A stretch of 64,000 nt of DNA from an uncultured bacterium (GTDB lineage Bacteria; Babelota; Babeliae; Babelales; Babelaceae), in NCBI GenBank assembly GCA_963722385.1, contig CAVRKK010000002.1, positions 256,001 to 320,000 of the forward strand. The letters run 5' to 3'. The notes under the pieces are model-generated. The model saw only the letters and a program-made list of their open reading frames with translations, searched no databases and was not told the origin of the DNA. Position numbers and translations under genes: made by a program. This document shows positions 10,051 to 18,863 of the stretch, one piece after another (positions within the stretch are counted from its first letter, which is position 1; each line of letters begins with the position of its first letter).

Positions 10051-10647
10051 GTGGCTAAGATAGATTTGAGCTTAGTCCAGCAGCTTCGTGAGCGCACGGG
10101 TGCTGGTATGTTAGATTGCAAAAAGGCTCTCGAAGAAGCAAATGGCGATATGGAGAAAGCAGTCGATATTTTGCGCCGCAAGGGTGCAGCGCTGGCCGAT
10201 AAGCGTGCCGGCTATGCCACTGCCGAGGGTATCGTGCATGCCTATATTCATCCGGGAGCGCATGTTGGTGTACTCATAGAAGTCGACTGTGAGACCGATT
10301 TTGTAGCAAGGACGGATGAGTTCAAGCAGTTTGCTCAAGACCTATGTTTACAGATCGCTGCTTTTAATCCAAAATATATAGCACCTGAAGATGTCGATAA
10401 AGCATTAGTTGAGCGCGAGCGTGATATATATATGCAAGAAGTAGCGGGAAGCAATAAGCCAGCAGCTATTATTAACCAAATTGTTGAGGGGAAGCTTAAC
10501 AAATTCTATACAGCAATTTGCCTCATTAAGCAGCCGTATATAAAGAATGACCAGCTTACGGTCGAAGATATTCTTAAGCAGTTGGTTGGCAAGCTTGGTG
10601 AAAACATCAAAATTAAACGATTTGCACGCTTTGAAGTCGGCAGTTAA
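10051..10647 (+). CDS. tsf: Elongation factor Ts (short form)
   Basis: LRERTGAGMLDCKKAL, CETDFVA; GTG start with AGGAG RBS. Confidence 0.97.
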   Translation: MAKIDLSLVQQLRERTGAGMLDCKKALEEANGDMEKAVDILRRKGAALADKRAGYATAEGIVHAYIHPGAHVGVLIEVDCETDFVARTDEFKQFAQDLCLQIAAFNPKYIAPEDVDKALVERERDIYMQEVAGSNKPAAIINQIVEGKLNKFYTAICLIKQPYIKNDQLTVEDILKQLVGKLGENIKIKRFARFEVGS

Positions 10648-10649
10648 TT

Positions 10650-11360
10650 ATGTGTAAACAAAATGTGGTACTTTTAAAGCTTACCGGTGAATTTCTGCGC
10701 AATGGCGCGCAAGCCTCGATAGATAGTACCTATATACGCGAGCTTGCTCGTCAAATTCGCTCGTTGCAATCCTCGCATTACTTTGGCATTGTCATAGGTG
10801 GTGGTAATTTCTTTAGAGGAGCCCAAGAAGGATTAGCAATTGGCATGACCGCGAGCGTTAGTGATCAGGTAGGAATGCTGGCCACTATTATGAATGGACT
10901 CATTCTTCAAGATCTTTTCGGCCAAGAAGGTGTTGAGGCAGAGCTTTTTTCAGCCGTCGATTGCTCGACAGCTGCCACACCTATCTCACCACAAAATTTG
11001 CAAATGGCCTTGCGCGCGAAAGATTGTCTTATTTTTGCGGGTGGCCTTGGCAACCCCTTTTTTACCACCGATACGACGGCGATCGTTCGGGCGATGCAGA
11101 TACAAGCGCGCGAAGTGTGGAAGGTCACTAAAGTTGACGGCATTTATACCCAAGACCCATGCCTTGATCCCGCAGCCCAACGACTGACGACACTGAGTTA
11201 TACCCAAGCACTTGAGCGTCAATTGGCTATCATGGACGAGACAGCCTTATCGTTGGCAAGAGAACATGGGTTAGTTATTCGCGTATTTTCTTTGTATGCG
11301 CCACAAGCGCTCGTACGCGCTGCGCACGAATCATCATTTGGAAGTAGACTTTTACCCTGA
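10650..11360 (+). CDS. pyrH: UMP kinase
   Basis: LLKLTGE, VIGGGNFFRG, NPFFTTDT; lies between tsf and frr. Confidence 0.95.
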   Translation: MCKQNVVLLKLTGEFLRNGAQASIDSTYIRELARQIRSLQSSHYFGIVIGGGNFFRGAQEGLAIGMTASVSDQVGMLATIMNGLILQDLFGQEGVEAELFSAVDCSTAATPISPQNLQMALRAKDCLIFAGGLGNPFFTTDTTAIVRAMQIQAREVWKVTKVDGIYTQDPCLDPAAQRLTTLSYTQALERQLAIMDETALSLAREHGLVIRVFSLYAPQALVRAAHESSFGSRLLP

Positions 11361-11375
11361 CCATAGGATGGTGCT

Positions 11376-11963
11376 ATGATTACGTTTAATTTTGTTGAAG
11401 GTGCTCCCGTCAAGCAGTTTGAAAAGGCCATCGAGGCCGAGATGGATAAGCCCTTAAAGTTTTTAGAAAAAGAGCTGCTCAAGATACGCACAGGACGAGC
11501 CCATACGGCTATGATAGAAGATACCAAAGTTATGGTCTACGGAAGCCCAATGCCGCTCAAGGCGGTTGCTGCACTTTCAGCTCCTGACGTCAGCATGCTG
11601 GTCATTCAACCATGGGACAAAGCGATCATAACCGATATCGAAAAAGCTCTTGCCACCTCAGATCTTGGCGTTACGCCCGTTAATGATGGCAACGTGATCC
11701 GTATTCAGCTACCACGGATGAGCACCGAGCGCCGCGAAGATCTCATAAAAACCGTCGGCAAAAAGATCGAAGAATGTAAGGTTGCCATGAGAACGATCAG
11801 AAAAGATTATCACGGTCTGATTCGAGATGCTGAAAAGGGCAAAAAAATCTCTGAAGATTACAGCAAGCGCCTTCAGGATGCCCTGCAAAAAACAACCGAT
11901 AAGACAATCGAGGCTTCTGACGCTCTCGGCACCAAAAAAGAACAGGAAATTCGCTCAATTTAG
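11376..11963 (+). CDS. frr: Ribosome recycling factor
   Basis: IRTGRA, IQPWDK, PVNDGNVIRI. Confidence 0.96.
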   Translation: MITFNFVEGAPVKQFEKAIEAEMDKPLKFLEKELLKIRTGRAHTAMIEDTKVMVYGSPMPLKAVAALSAPDVSMLVIQPWDKAIITDIEKALATSDLGVTPVNDGNVIRIQLPRMSTERREDLIKTVGKKIEECKVAMRTIRKDYHGLIRDAEKGKKISEDYSKRLQDALQKTTDKTIEASDALGTKKEQEIRSI

Positions 11964-12036
11964 CCCAAGATGCTCTTTTATTTTATCGCTTCTTGTGATA
12001 CAGTGAATATTAAGCGTTTCTCGAAATTACCTTGAT

Positions 12037-12112
12037 GGGCTGCTAGCTCAATTGGCAGAGCAACAGACTCTTAATCTGTGGGTTCGCGGTTCGATTCCGC
12101 GGCAGCCCACCA
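12037..12112 (+). tRNA. tRNA-Lys (CTT)
   Basis: GGGCTGC/GCAGCCC acceptor stem, anticodon loop CTCTTAA, GTTCGATT T-loop, encoded CCA. Confidence 0.95.
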
Positions 12113-12121
12113 GCAAGCCGA

Positions 12122-12206
12122 GCAAGAGTGGCGGAATTGGTAGACGCGCTGGACTTAGGATCCAGTCCTTCACCGGGTGGGGGTTCGAGTCCCTCCTCTT
12201 GCACCA
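12122..12206 (+). tRNA. tRNA-Leu (TAG)
   Basis: GCAAGAG/CTCTTGC acceptor stem, loop CTTAGGA, long variable arm, CCA. Confidence 0.95.
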
Positions 12207-12236
12207 GAAATTACCAACGCCTAAAAGGAGATCTGT

Positions 12237-13538
12237 ATGGAGTACGATTCATGCCTTCATTTCGCGACCGAGCGACTCACCGCAGATCGCTGCAAGGCAA
12301 TCGTTTCTATCTGTCAGCCTTATGTGCAGTCCCTTTACACCTATATTTTAAAAACTCGGCAAAACGAGAGCATTACGCAGGGCTTTATTAAGGGGGCTAC
12401 TCCCCTTGCTTATTTCGAATCTAATTTTAAGAATAATATTGTTGAGCACTTAAAAGAGCTTTTCTTTACCCATTGCGTTATTAATTTTTTGTACCAAAAA
12501 ATTAGTGAGCACAAAATTGAGCTTGCCGGTGAGCCAACTATCAAAGAGATCATGCTTGATCCAGCAACGGGAGCTACGTACATATTTGAGCTTAATCAGG
12601 TACAACCACCTATCAAGACCGACTGGAAACGCATGTCACTCAAGCAACCTACGCGCAAAAACTATAAAGATCTTGACCGGCAGGTTGAGTATTTTTTGCA
12701 GGACGAGCAAGAAAAAGCGACAAAGCTACACCGCCAAGAGATAGCCCCGGGCGATTGGATTTTATTTGGCATGACGCTGATCGATGCCGATGGCACTCCT
12801 GTGCTTACCAAGCATACCGACCACGTCTGGCTCCGCCTGGGTGATGAGGTTATTGACCGGGAAGCTTATGAGCTTTTCTATGATAAAAAAGTGGGAGATT
12901 GCTTTACGAGCTCAAGTGATTTTTTACAAGAATATATCAATAACAATTTTGACGTGAGATACCTTTTTGTCATCGAAATTAAAGACCGGGTACCTTTTAC
13001 CTTTTTTTCTCTTGAGCAATTTAAAAAGCAGTTCAAACTTAAAACAACCAAAGAAACACATGCCAAGTTAATCGAAGTATTTTCTTATCGTAATGACATG
13101 TCGCAAAGGCGAGAAACGGTCGAAGCTCTCTTTAAAATGCTTTTAAATCATTATTCATTTGCAGCGCCTGATAGCCTTGCTCAACAGCAGGAAGAGCTGG
13201 TATTGCGGTCGATTCAGACAAACCCTGATTATCATGTGTACAAAGCGCAGGCAGACTTTAAGCATAAGATCCGTATGCTTGCTGAAAAGCAAGTTAAAGA
13301 GCATATTTTGATCGATCATATTGCCTATGATGAGCAGATACAGGCAAGCGATGAAGATATTGTTACGTATTTAAATTTGACAAAGCGCCCACGTACCAAA
13401 GAATTTATCTATTTTGATATACCTTCATTTAAGGCGCGTGGCCACGAGACGCCTATTCCCCGAGAACTGATCCGCCATTGTTGCCTTTATGAAAAAACGT
13501 TGAACTATCTTATTGGTTATCTTACAAAGCGGGCATAA
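12237..13538 (+). CDS. tig: Trigger factor-like protein (divergent)
   Basis: 433 aa; GFIKGATP resembles the GFRxGKxP ribosome-binding signature; follows tRNA-Leu as tig commonly does. Confidence 0.7.
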   Translation: MEYDSCLHFATERLTADRCKAIVSICQPYVQSLYTYILKTRQNESITQGFIKGATPLAYFESNFKNNIVEHLKELFFTHCVINFLYQKISEHKIELAGEPTIKEIMLDPATGATYIFELNQVQPPIKTDWKRMSLKQPTRKNYKDLDRQVEYFLQDEQEKATKLHRQEIAPGDWILFGMTLIDADGTPVLTKHTDHVWLRLGDEVIDREAYELFYDKKVGDCFTSSSDFLQEYINNNFDVRYLFVIEIKDRVPFTFFSLEQFKKQFKLKTTKETHAKLIEVFSYRNDMSQRRETVEALFKMLLNHYSFAAPDSLAQQQEELVLRSIQTNPDYHVYKAQADFKHKIRMLAEKQVKEHILIDHIAYDEQIQASDEDIVTYLNLTKRPRTKEFIYFDIPSFKARGHETPIPRELIRHCCLYEKTLNYLIGYLTKRA

Positions 13539-13541
13539 TAT

Positions 13542-14468
13542 ATGGCTATTGAAACGCTCATTATTGTTGGTGGTGGCCCGGCGGCCTTGACTGCTGCTAT
13601 TTATGCAAGTCGGTCAAACATTTCGCCCCTTATTATCGAAGGCAATAACCCTGGTGGCCAGCTTATGAGTACTTCCTACGTTGAAAACTGGCCGGGAGTT
13701 AGGCGGATTTTAGGTCCCCAGCTCATGATGAATATGCGCGCACATGCCCATGATCTTGGTGGTCGGTTTATGTCGGCTGAGATTGTTAAGACTGATTTTT
13801 CGACGACCCCTTTTCGCTTGTGGACTGCCAAAGATGAAGAGCTTAAGGCACAGGCAGTCATTATAGCAACGGGTTCTAATGCCAAACGCCTCGGCTGCCC
13901 TGGCGAGGAGACATACTGGGGTAAGGGCGTTACCACCTGCGCTGTATGCGATGGAGCATTCTATAGAGATGGCAAGGTTATCGTGGTCGGTGGTGGTGAT
14001 ACAGCTATGGAAGATGCCTCATTTATGGCAAATTTTACCAAAGATATCACGCTGGTTCATATTCTCGATAAGTTGACAGCGGCTCCTGCATTACAACAAC
14101 GGGTACTCAATCATCCTCATATTAATATCATATACGAGAGCACCGTCACGGCTTTTGAAGGAGACGGCACTCACGTTACCCAGGCAGTCATCACCAATCA
14201 AAAAACCGGTGCAACAAGCAGGCTGGCCTGTGATGTCACCTTTGTCGCTATAGGCCTCGTACCCAATACTGCCCCTTTTAATGGCCAGATCGAATTAGAG
14301 ACAAATGGCTATATTCGAGTCAGAGAACATACCAAAACATCGGTGACGGGCGTATTTGCTGCTGGCGATGTTGCCGATTACGTCTACCGCCAGGCAATTA
14401 CCTCAGCTGGCACGGGGTGCATGGCTGCCTTAGATGCGGAGCGGTACCTCAAAAATCACAAAAATTGA
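13542..14468 (+). CDS. trxB: Thioredoxin reductase
   Basis: GGGPAA, CAVC active site, GGGDTA, AAGDV. Confidence 0.96.
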   Translation: MAIETLIIVGGGPAALTAAIYASRSNISPLIIEGNNPGGQLMSTSYVENWPGVRRILGPQLMMNMRAHAHDLGGRFMSAEIVKTDFSTTPFRLWTAKDEELKAQAVIIATGSNAKRLGCPGEETYWGKGVTTCAVCDGAFYRDGKVIVVGGGDTAMEDASFMANFTKDITLVHILDKLTAAPALQQRVLNHPHINIIYESTVTAFEGDGTHVTQAVITNQKTGATSRLACDVTFVAIGLVPNTAPFNGQIELETNGYIRVREHTKTSVTGVFAAGDVADYVYRQAITSAGTGCMAALDAERYLKNHKN

Positions 14469-14550
14469 AAAATTCGCGGTTTGCTTTAGAATAATAAATA
14501 ATTATCTTACACTAATGATAGTCTAAACTAAGAGCTTAAAGGCCCAAAAT

Positions 14551-14691
14551 ATGGTAAAACTTGCAAAAAAGAGCCGCAAAAAAAGAAATCGCAAACACGG
14601 GTTCCTTTTGAGAATGTCCAATACGAGTGGGCGAAACATCATAAGGCGCCGCCGTGCGCGTAACCGCAAACGCTTGGCGGTACACAATTAG
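14551..14691 (+). CDS. rpmH: 50S ribosomal protein L34 (not in the ORF track)
   Basis: MVKLAKKSRKKRNRKHGFLLRMSNTSGRNIIRRRRARNRKRLAVHN; directly upstream of rnpA. Confidence 0.93.
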   Translation: MVKLAKKSRKKRNRKHGFLLRMSNTSGRNIIRRRRARNRKRLAVHN

Positions 14692-15021
14692 ATGGTGAGT
14701 ATTGCGCGCCAGATTACAAGCTGGCGCCGCCCAGAAATAGAGCTACTCTTTAAAAAGTCATATCGGGCCTTTACAAGTCCGGCATTTGACGTCCGTCTTG
14801 CGCGCACGAGTGATATAATTGGTAAGATACTTGTTATTACACCACGAAAGACAGGCTCAGCGCCTGAACGAAACCGTTTTAGAAGGCGCGTTAAAGCCAT
14901 TTTTTACCAAGAAAAGCTCTATCAGCGGGGGTATCATTGGGTAATTTTTGCAAAAAAAGGGGGCTTGGCTGCAAGCTTTCAAAGCATAAAAGCTCTCATG
15001 CTTGGTATCGTACCCGCTTGA
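14692..15021 (+). CDS. rnpA: Ribonuclease P protein component
   Basis: RKTGSAPERNRFRRRVK (RNR motif); follows rpmH. Confidence 0.9.
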   Translation: MVSIARQITSWRRPEIELLFKKSYRAFTSPAFDVRLARTSDIIGKILVITPRKTGSAPERNRFRRRVKAIFYQEKLYQRGYHWVIFAKKGGLAASFQSIKALMLGIVPA

Positions 15022-15209
15022 CAATCGATATTTTGGCTGATGCTGTGCTTTTTTGTCGCCACCTGATAGGACCGCGAAGCTCATGTCGGTTTTACCCTTC
15101 ATGTACGTCATTCGCTCTTGCTCAAATTGAGCGTGAGCCTCTTCTTAAAGCGCTCATTGCTATCACTAAGCGGCTCTTGTTATGCCATCCTCTCGGATCA
15201 AACCACTGA
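15018..15209 (+). CDS. yidD: Membrane protein insertion efficiency factor YidD
   Basis: CRFYPSCT...RLLLCHP; probable TTG start overlapping the rnpA stop. Confidence 0.85.
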   Translation: MTIDILADAVLFCRHLIGPRSSCRFYPSCTSFALAQIEREPLLKALIAITKRLLLCHPLGSNH

Positions 15210-15851
15210 CTTACTCAGTAATGTTTGAGTGTACTGGTAAGCGGCTTGATCGACGAGAGCCAGCTTGGATAAAAAATTCGACAATAAATTCGTATCAGCA
15301 AGCTCGCGGTAGGTATCGAGGCTAAGGGCTAAAAATTGCTGGAGCTCTGCTTCATCATAATTGGCCTTGTGCAAGGCATTCTGGATCGCAAGCTCGGCAA
15401 TATGCGCTTTTTGGCCATGAGATAAAGCAGCTTTCTGAAGAAAATCAACAATACCGCGAAGCCCTTGCTTGATGGTGAGCATATCAAGTATGCGGGTTAT
15501 ACAGGAAGCTAACTTATCGGGGTGATTTAGTTGATCATAGAGATTAATCAGGCGTGCGAATATCACGGCATCGGGCTTGAGCGTTACGCAATGCTCACCC
15601 ACCGCTATAGCGTGAACAAGCTTGCCACCACGTTCATAAAGCTCGAGAGCTCTCACGTAGCATGTTAACGCTCGCTCATCATTAAAGGCAAGCAAAAGAT
15701 CACCTTCCAGTTGGACAGCCAGAGCTTCATCACGTATCCCGTGCGTCAATAAGCGATAAATGCCGAGTGCCCGTTCCTTTTCTTTGCGTGCTACAAATTC
15801 TGCAAGCTTAAACCAGGCGATATTAAATTTACCAGATTGAAGGTGGGTCAT
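15198..15851 (-). CDS. Hypothetical helical (TPR-like) protein
   Basis: Start at MTHLQSGK with a GGGGAG RBS; the longer ORF-track start runs into tRNA-Phe. Confidence 0.7.
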   Translation of the reverse strand: MTHLQSGKFNIAWFKLAEFVARKEKERALGIYRLLTHGIRDEALAVQLEGDLLLAFNDERALTCYVRALELYERGGKLVHAIAVGEHCVTLKPDAVIFARLINLYDQLNHPDKLASCITRILDMLTIKQGLRGIVDFLQKAALSHGQKAHIAELAIQNALHKANYDEAELQQFLALSLDTYRELADTNLLSNFLSKLALVDQAAYQYTQTLLSKSVV

Positions 15852-15972
15852 TGTCTCCCCTTTACGCAAGATAAGCTTTTGACGTAAAGTATCATAAGAT
15901 TGAGGAGGTACACAAGTAAAATTCGCGAAGTAGTGAGGCATATAAGAAAACGCTGATATACCCACGTAATTT

Positions 15973-16047
15973 TGGTGCCGGGAGGCGGAATTGAACCACC
16001 GACACAAAGCTCTTCAGGCTTCTGCTCTACCACTGAGCTACCCCGGC
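15973..16047 (-). tRNA. tRNA-Phe (GAA)
   Basis: Reverse complement GCCGGGG...CTGAAGA...GTTCAATT...CCCGGCACCA. Confidence 0.95.
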
Positions 16048-16070
16048 AAATCTTTCAGAAAAGTACTATA

Positions 16071-16099
16071 ATTTTACCAATAGGCGCTCTTTCTGTCAA
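16071..16099 (-). promoter_or_regulatory. Sigma70 promoter for tRNA-Phe
   Basis: TTGACA-17 nt-TAAAAT on the minus strand. Confidence 0.75.
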
Positions 16100-16204
16100 A
16101 TCCTGTGAAGCCCTATCAAAGAGCGCCTTGACATACACTAATATAATAATTACCTTAATTTAGCAATTTTCCCGTTATTTCTATGATAATCTGAAAGAAA
16201 TTTT

Positions 16205-17170
16205 ATGCTGAGATTTCGCTTCGCGCTATTATTAGGTGCTCTTCCTGCCTTAGGGGTAACAGAACGTGTCCCTCTCCATACAACCAATCCGATCGTTTAT
16301 AACATGGTTTATCGCCGTGCTGCCTTGCCGCTACCCTATGATATCGTGCAAGATCATATACTTTTTTTGAATAACAACCCGCTTTTACTCGCGCATGCCG
16401 GCCGACTAAATCAGACGCAGGCAACAAAGCTTTTACTTAGCAACATATTTACCGCGCGAGCAACATTCTTTCCTTTTTGGCTTGAGGCGAAGACTGCGCT
16501 AACATGGCAACCACATTGGGATACAGAGCTCGAGACTCCTAAAATGCACCTCGACAATACACTGCTCTATGTTGGCTATGATTTTATCGCGCAACCGCTC
16601 AGCCAACTCAGCGTCTACGGTTTTGCAGGGTTTCCTGGTAGCAAAGATGACCCTCAGATCAGCCGCCAAGCGACAGGCCATTGGTCGGTAGCTGTTGGTT
16701 GTGATGCCGCCTATGGCTCTTTAGCCGCTGATAATCCCGATATAAGCTACGCTCTGATAGCAAACGCCCGACTCATGCGCCTATTTTCGCGCATTGTTAA
16801 TTTTGAAAACAAAAACAGCCTGCTCATCCAAAACTCTTTAAAACATCACCCCGGTAACTTTGCCGACTTACTCATAGGAGCCCAGTGCTCTCTTTGCAAC
16901 CATCATCTGGAAATTGGCTACGACCTTACCATAAATTTTAATGGCAAAGTTCAGTATCTTCACGCCACCAGTGACCTGGAGAAGCCCTTTTATGACGAGG
17001 GGGTAGGCCACGGTACCAAAATTCTAAATAATTTTTATATAAATTATTCTTATACGTCACTCTGGTATGAACTTCCCGTAAGCCTGGGCGGAGGAACCTC
17101 TTATGAGTTCGCTTGCGATCATGGTTCAAAGACATGGGCTATCTGGACACGCACAAGTATCAGTTGGTAA
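16205..17170 (+). CDS. Hypothetical exported protein, possibly an outer-membrane beta-barrel
   Basis: Signal peptide, amphipathic aromatic strands, terminal aromatic residue (…TSISW). Confidence 0.55.
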   Translation: MLRFRFALLLGALPALGVTERVPLHTTNPIVYNMVYRRAALPLPYDIVQDHILFLNNNPLLLAHAGRLNQTQATKLLLSNIFTARATFFPFWLEAKTALTWQPHWDTELETPKMHLDNTLLYVGYDFIAQPLSQLSVYGFAGFPGSKDDPQISRQATGHWSVAVGCDAAYGSLAADNPDISYALIANARLMRLFSRIVNFENKNSLLIQNSLKHHPGNFADLLIGAQCSLCNHHLEIGYDLTINFNGKVQYLHATSDLEKPFYDEGVGHGTKILNNFYINYSYTSLWYELPVSLGGGTSYEFACDHGSKTWAIWTRTSISW

Positions 17171-17244
17171 CATAATAGTGCGAACAAAATCATATGACGT
17201 TGTTTATTTTGATTTTTCATAATACTTATAGTAAACTATCATTA

Positions 17245-17520
17245 TGAAGACCCGAATCTATCATAGGTAGACGGTTCTTCAGGCCAGTTGGCAACAAGCT
17301 CGGCGAGGGAATTTCCTCGAGCGCTGCATTGTGTTTTTCTTAATAACATGATTTTATCCGCAGTTGATCATTTGAGCGACAGGTATCCTCCATATTTTGC
17401 CTGACAAGTAAAAGTAACGGGATTTTTTCTCTGATGTGTCTGCGGGATAGCCTTAATAAGGCAGCGCAACAGATTACTCCGTCAGAGAAAAAGGCTCAAC
17501 GGAAGCTTTGTGAAAGCTTT
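17245..17520 (+). promoter_or_regulatory. Long structured 5' leader of the DEAD-box helicase gene
   Basis: At least four stems: TGAAGA/TCTTCA, GCTC..GAGG/CCTC..GAGC, TTTTTCTCTGA/TCAGAGAAAAA, AAGCTTT/AAAGCTT. Confidence 0.55.
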
Positions 17521-17561
17521 TTGGGCACTCGTTATAATTTTATTTGTAAAGGAAAACAAAC

Positions 17562-18836
17562 ATGTCATTTAATGAATTACAACTTGATCAATCAATTCTA
17601 AAGGCTATAGCCGAAGCCGGCTATACGAAGCCGACCCCTATCCAAGCACAGGCAATACCGACCATCTTGAGCGGGCAAGACCTTATGGCCTCGGCCCAAA
17701 CGGGAACGGGCAAGACAGCCGCGTTTATTCTACCTGCGCTTCACAAGCTCAGCAAGCCGTCATCAAAGCCGGGACGTGGCCCGCGCCTTCTTGTGCTAAC
17801 ACCGACGCGTGAGCTGGCAACCCAAATTGCACAAGCCGCTTCGCTCTACAGCAAATATTCTACGCGCATTAAAACGGTTTGCATATTAGGTGGCATGCCC
17901 TATATGGCGCAAGTACGTCACTTATCGCAACCATTCGAAATTTTGGTAGCCACGCCAGGCCGCCTTATCGATTACCTCGAGCGAGGCCGTATCGATTTTT
18001 CACGCATAGAGATGCTTGTACTTGACGAAGCAGATCGTATGCTCGATATGGGCTTTATCAATGATGTTGAGCACATTGTTAGGGCAACACCCGAAAATCG
18101 CCAAACGCTTTTATTCTCTGCTACACTCAAGGGAAGTGTCGCCAGCCTTGCTAAAAACATGCTCAAGAACCCACTACAAATTCACGTTGCTGCTACCAAA
18201 GCAAACCACGACAACATTGAACAGCGACTCTATCACGTCGATGATATTCACCACAAAACACGGTTGCTCCTGCACCTTCTCAATGACTCGACCATTAACC
18301 AGGCCATTATTTTTACCGCTACCAAGCGGCATGTTGACCAGCTGGTTGACACCGTACGTGAACAAGGACATACTGCAGCAGGATTACACGGCGATATGGG
18401 CCAGCGGGAACGAAATCGCACATTGGCCAATTTGCGCCAGGGTGCTATTCGTATGCTTGTTGCCACTGATGTAGCAGCTCGCGGTATTGATGTGCCAGGT
18501 ATCACGCATGTTATTAACTTTGATTTGCCTCAATCAAGCGAGGATTACGTACACCGCATCGGAAGAACAGGAAGAGCTGGTGCGACTGGTATTGCTCTCT
18601 CATTTGCCTCAGGTAAAGATACGTTGATTCTTGAAAGAATCGAGCGCTATATGGGAAAAGCCATTACCCCCCATACAGTCTCTGGATTAGAACCTAGGTT
18701 TAAGCCAGCATTCAGAAACGATAAAAACAGCTTTAGGAGGCCAACAAGGCCGCAGAGGCGCATGGATGCTTACGATCCGCGCAATCGCCGCCCCGGTCGC
18801 TATGTGGCAAGTTATAGCCCTGAAGCTCGAGATTAA
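17562..18836 (+). CDS. DEAD-box RNA helicase (RhlE/DbpA-like)
   Basis: Q motif PTPIQ, AQTGTGKT, PTRELA, DEAD, SAT, HRIGRTGR. Confidence 0.96.
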   Translation: MSFNELQLDQSILKAIAEAGYTKPTPIQAQAIPTILSGQDLMASAQTGTGKTAAFILPALHKLSKPSSKPGRGPRLLVLTPTRELATQIAQAASLYSKYSTRIKTVCILGGMPYMAQVRHLSQPFEILVATPGRLIDYLERGRIDFSRIEMLVLDEADRMLDMGFINDVEHIVRATPENRQTLLFSATLKGSVASLAKNMLKNPLQIHVAATKANHDNIEQRLYHVDDIHHKTRLLLHLLNDSTINQAIIFTATKRHVDQLVDTVREQGHTAAGLHGDMGQRERNRTLANLRQGAIRMLVATDVAARGIDVPGITHVINFDLPQSSEDYVHRIGRTGRAGATGIALSFASGKDTLILERIERYMGKAITPHTVSGLEPRFKPAFRNDKNSFRRPTRPQRRMDAYDPRNRRPGRYVASYSPEARD

Positions 18837-18863
18837 CGCTTTTTCAGTCTTGTGAGATAGTGT

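Noticed and set aside
12052..12391. Short ORFs of 99 and 87 aa
   Set aside because: They overlap tRNA-Lys/tRNA-Leu and the tig start; spurious
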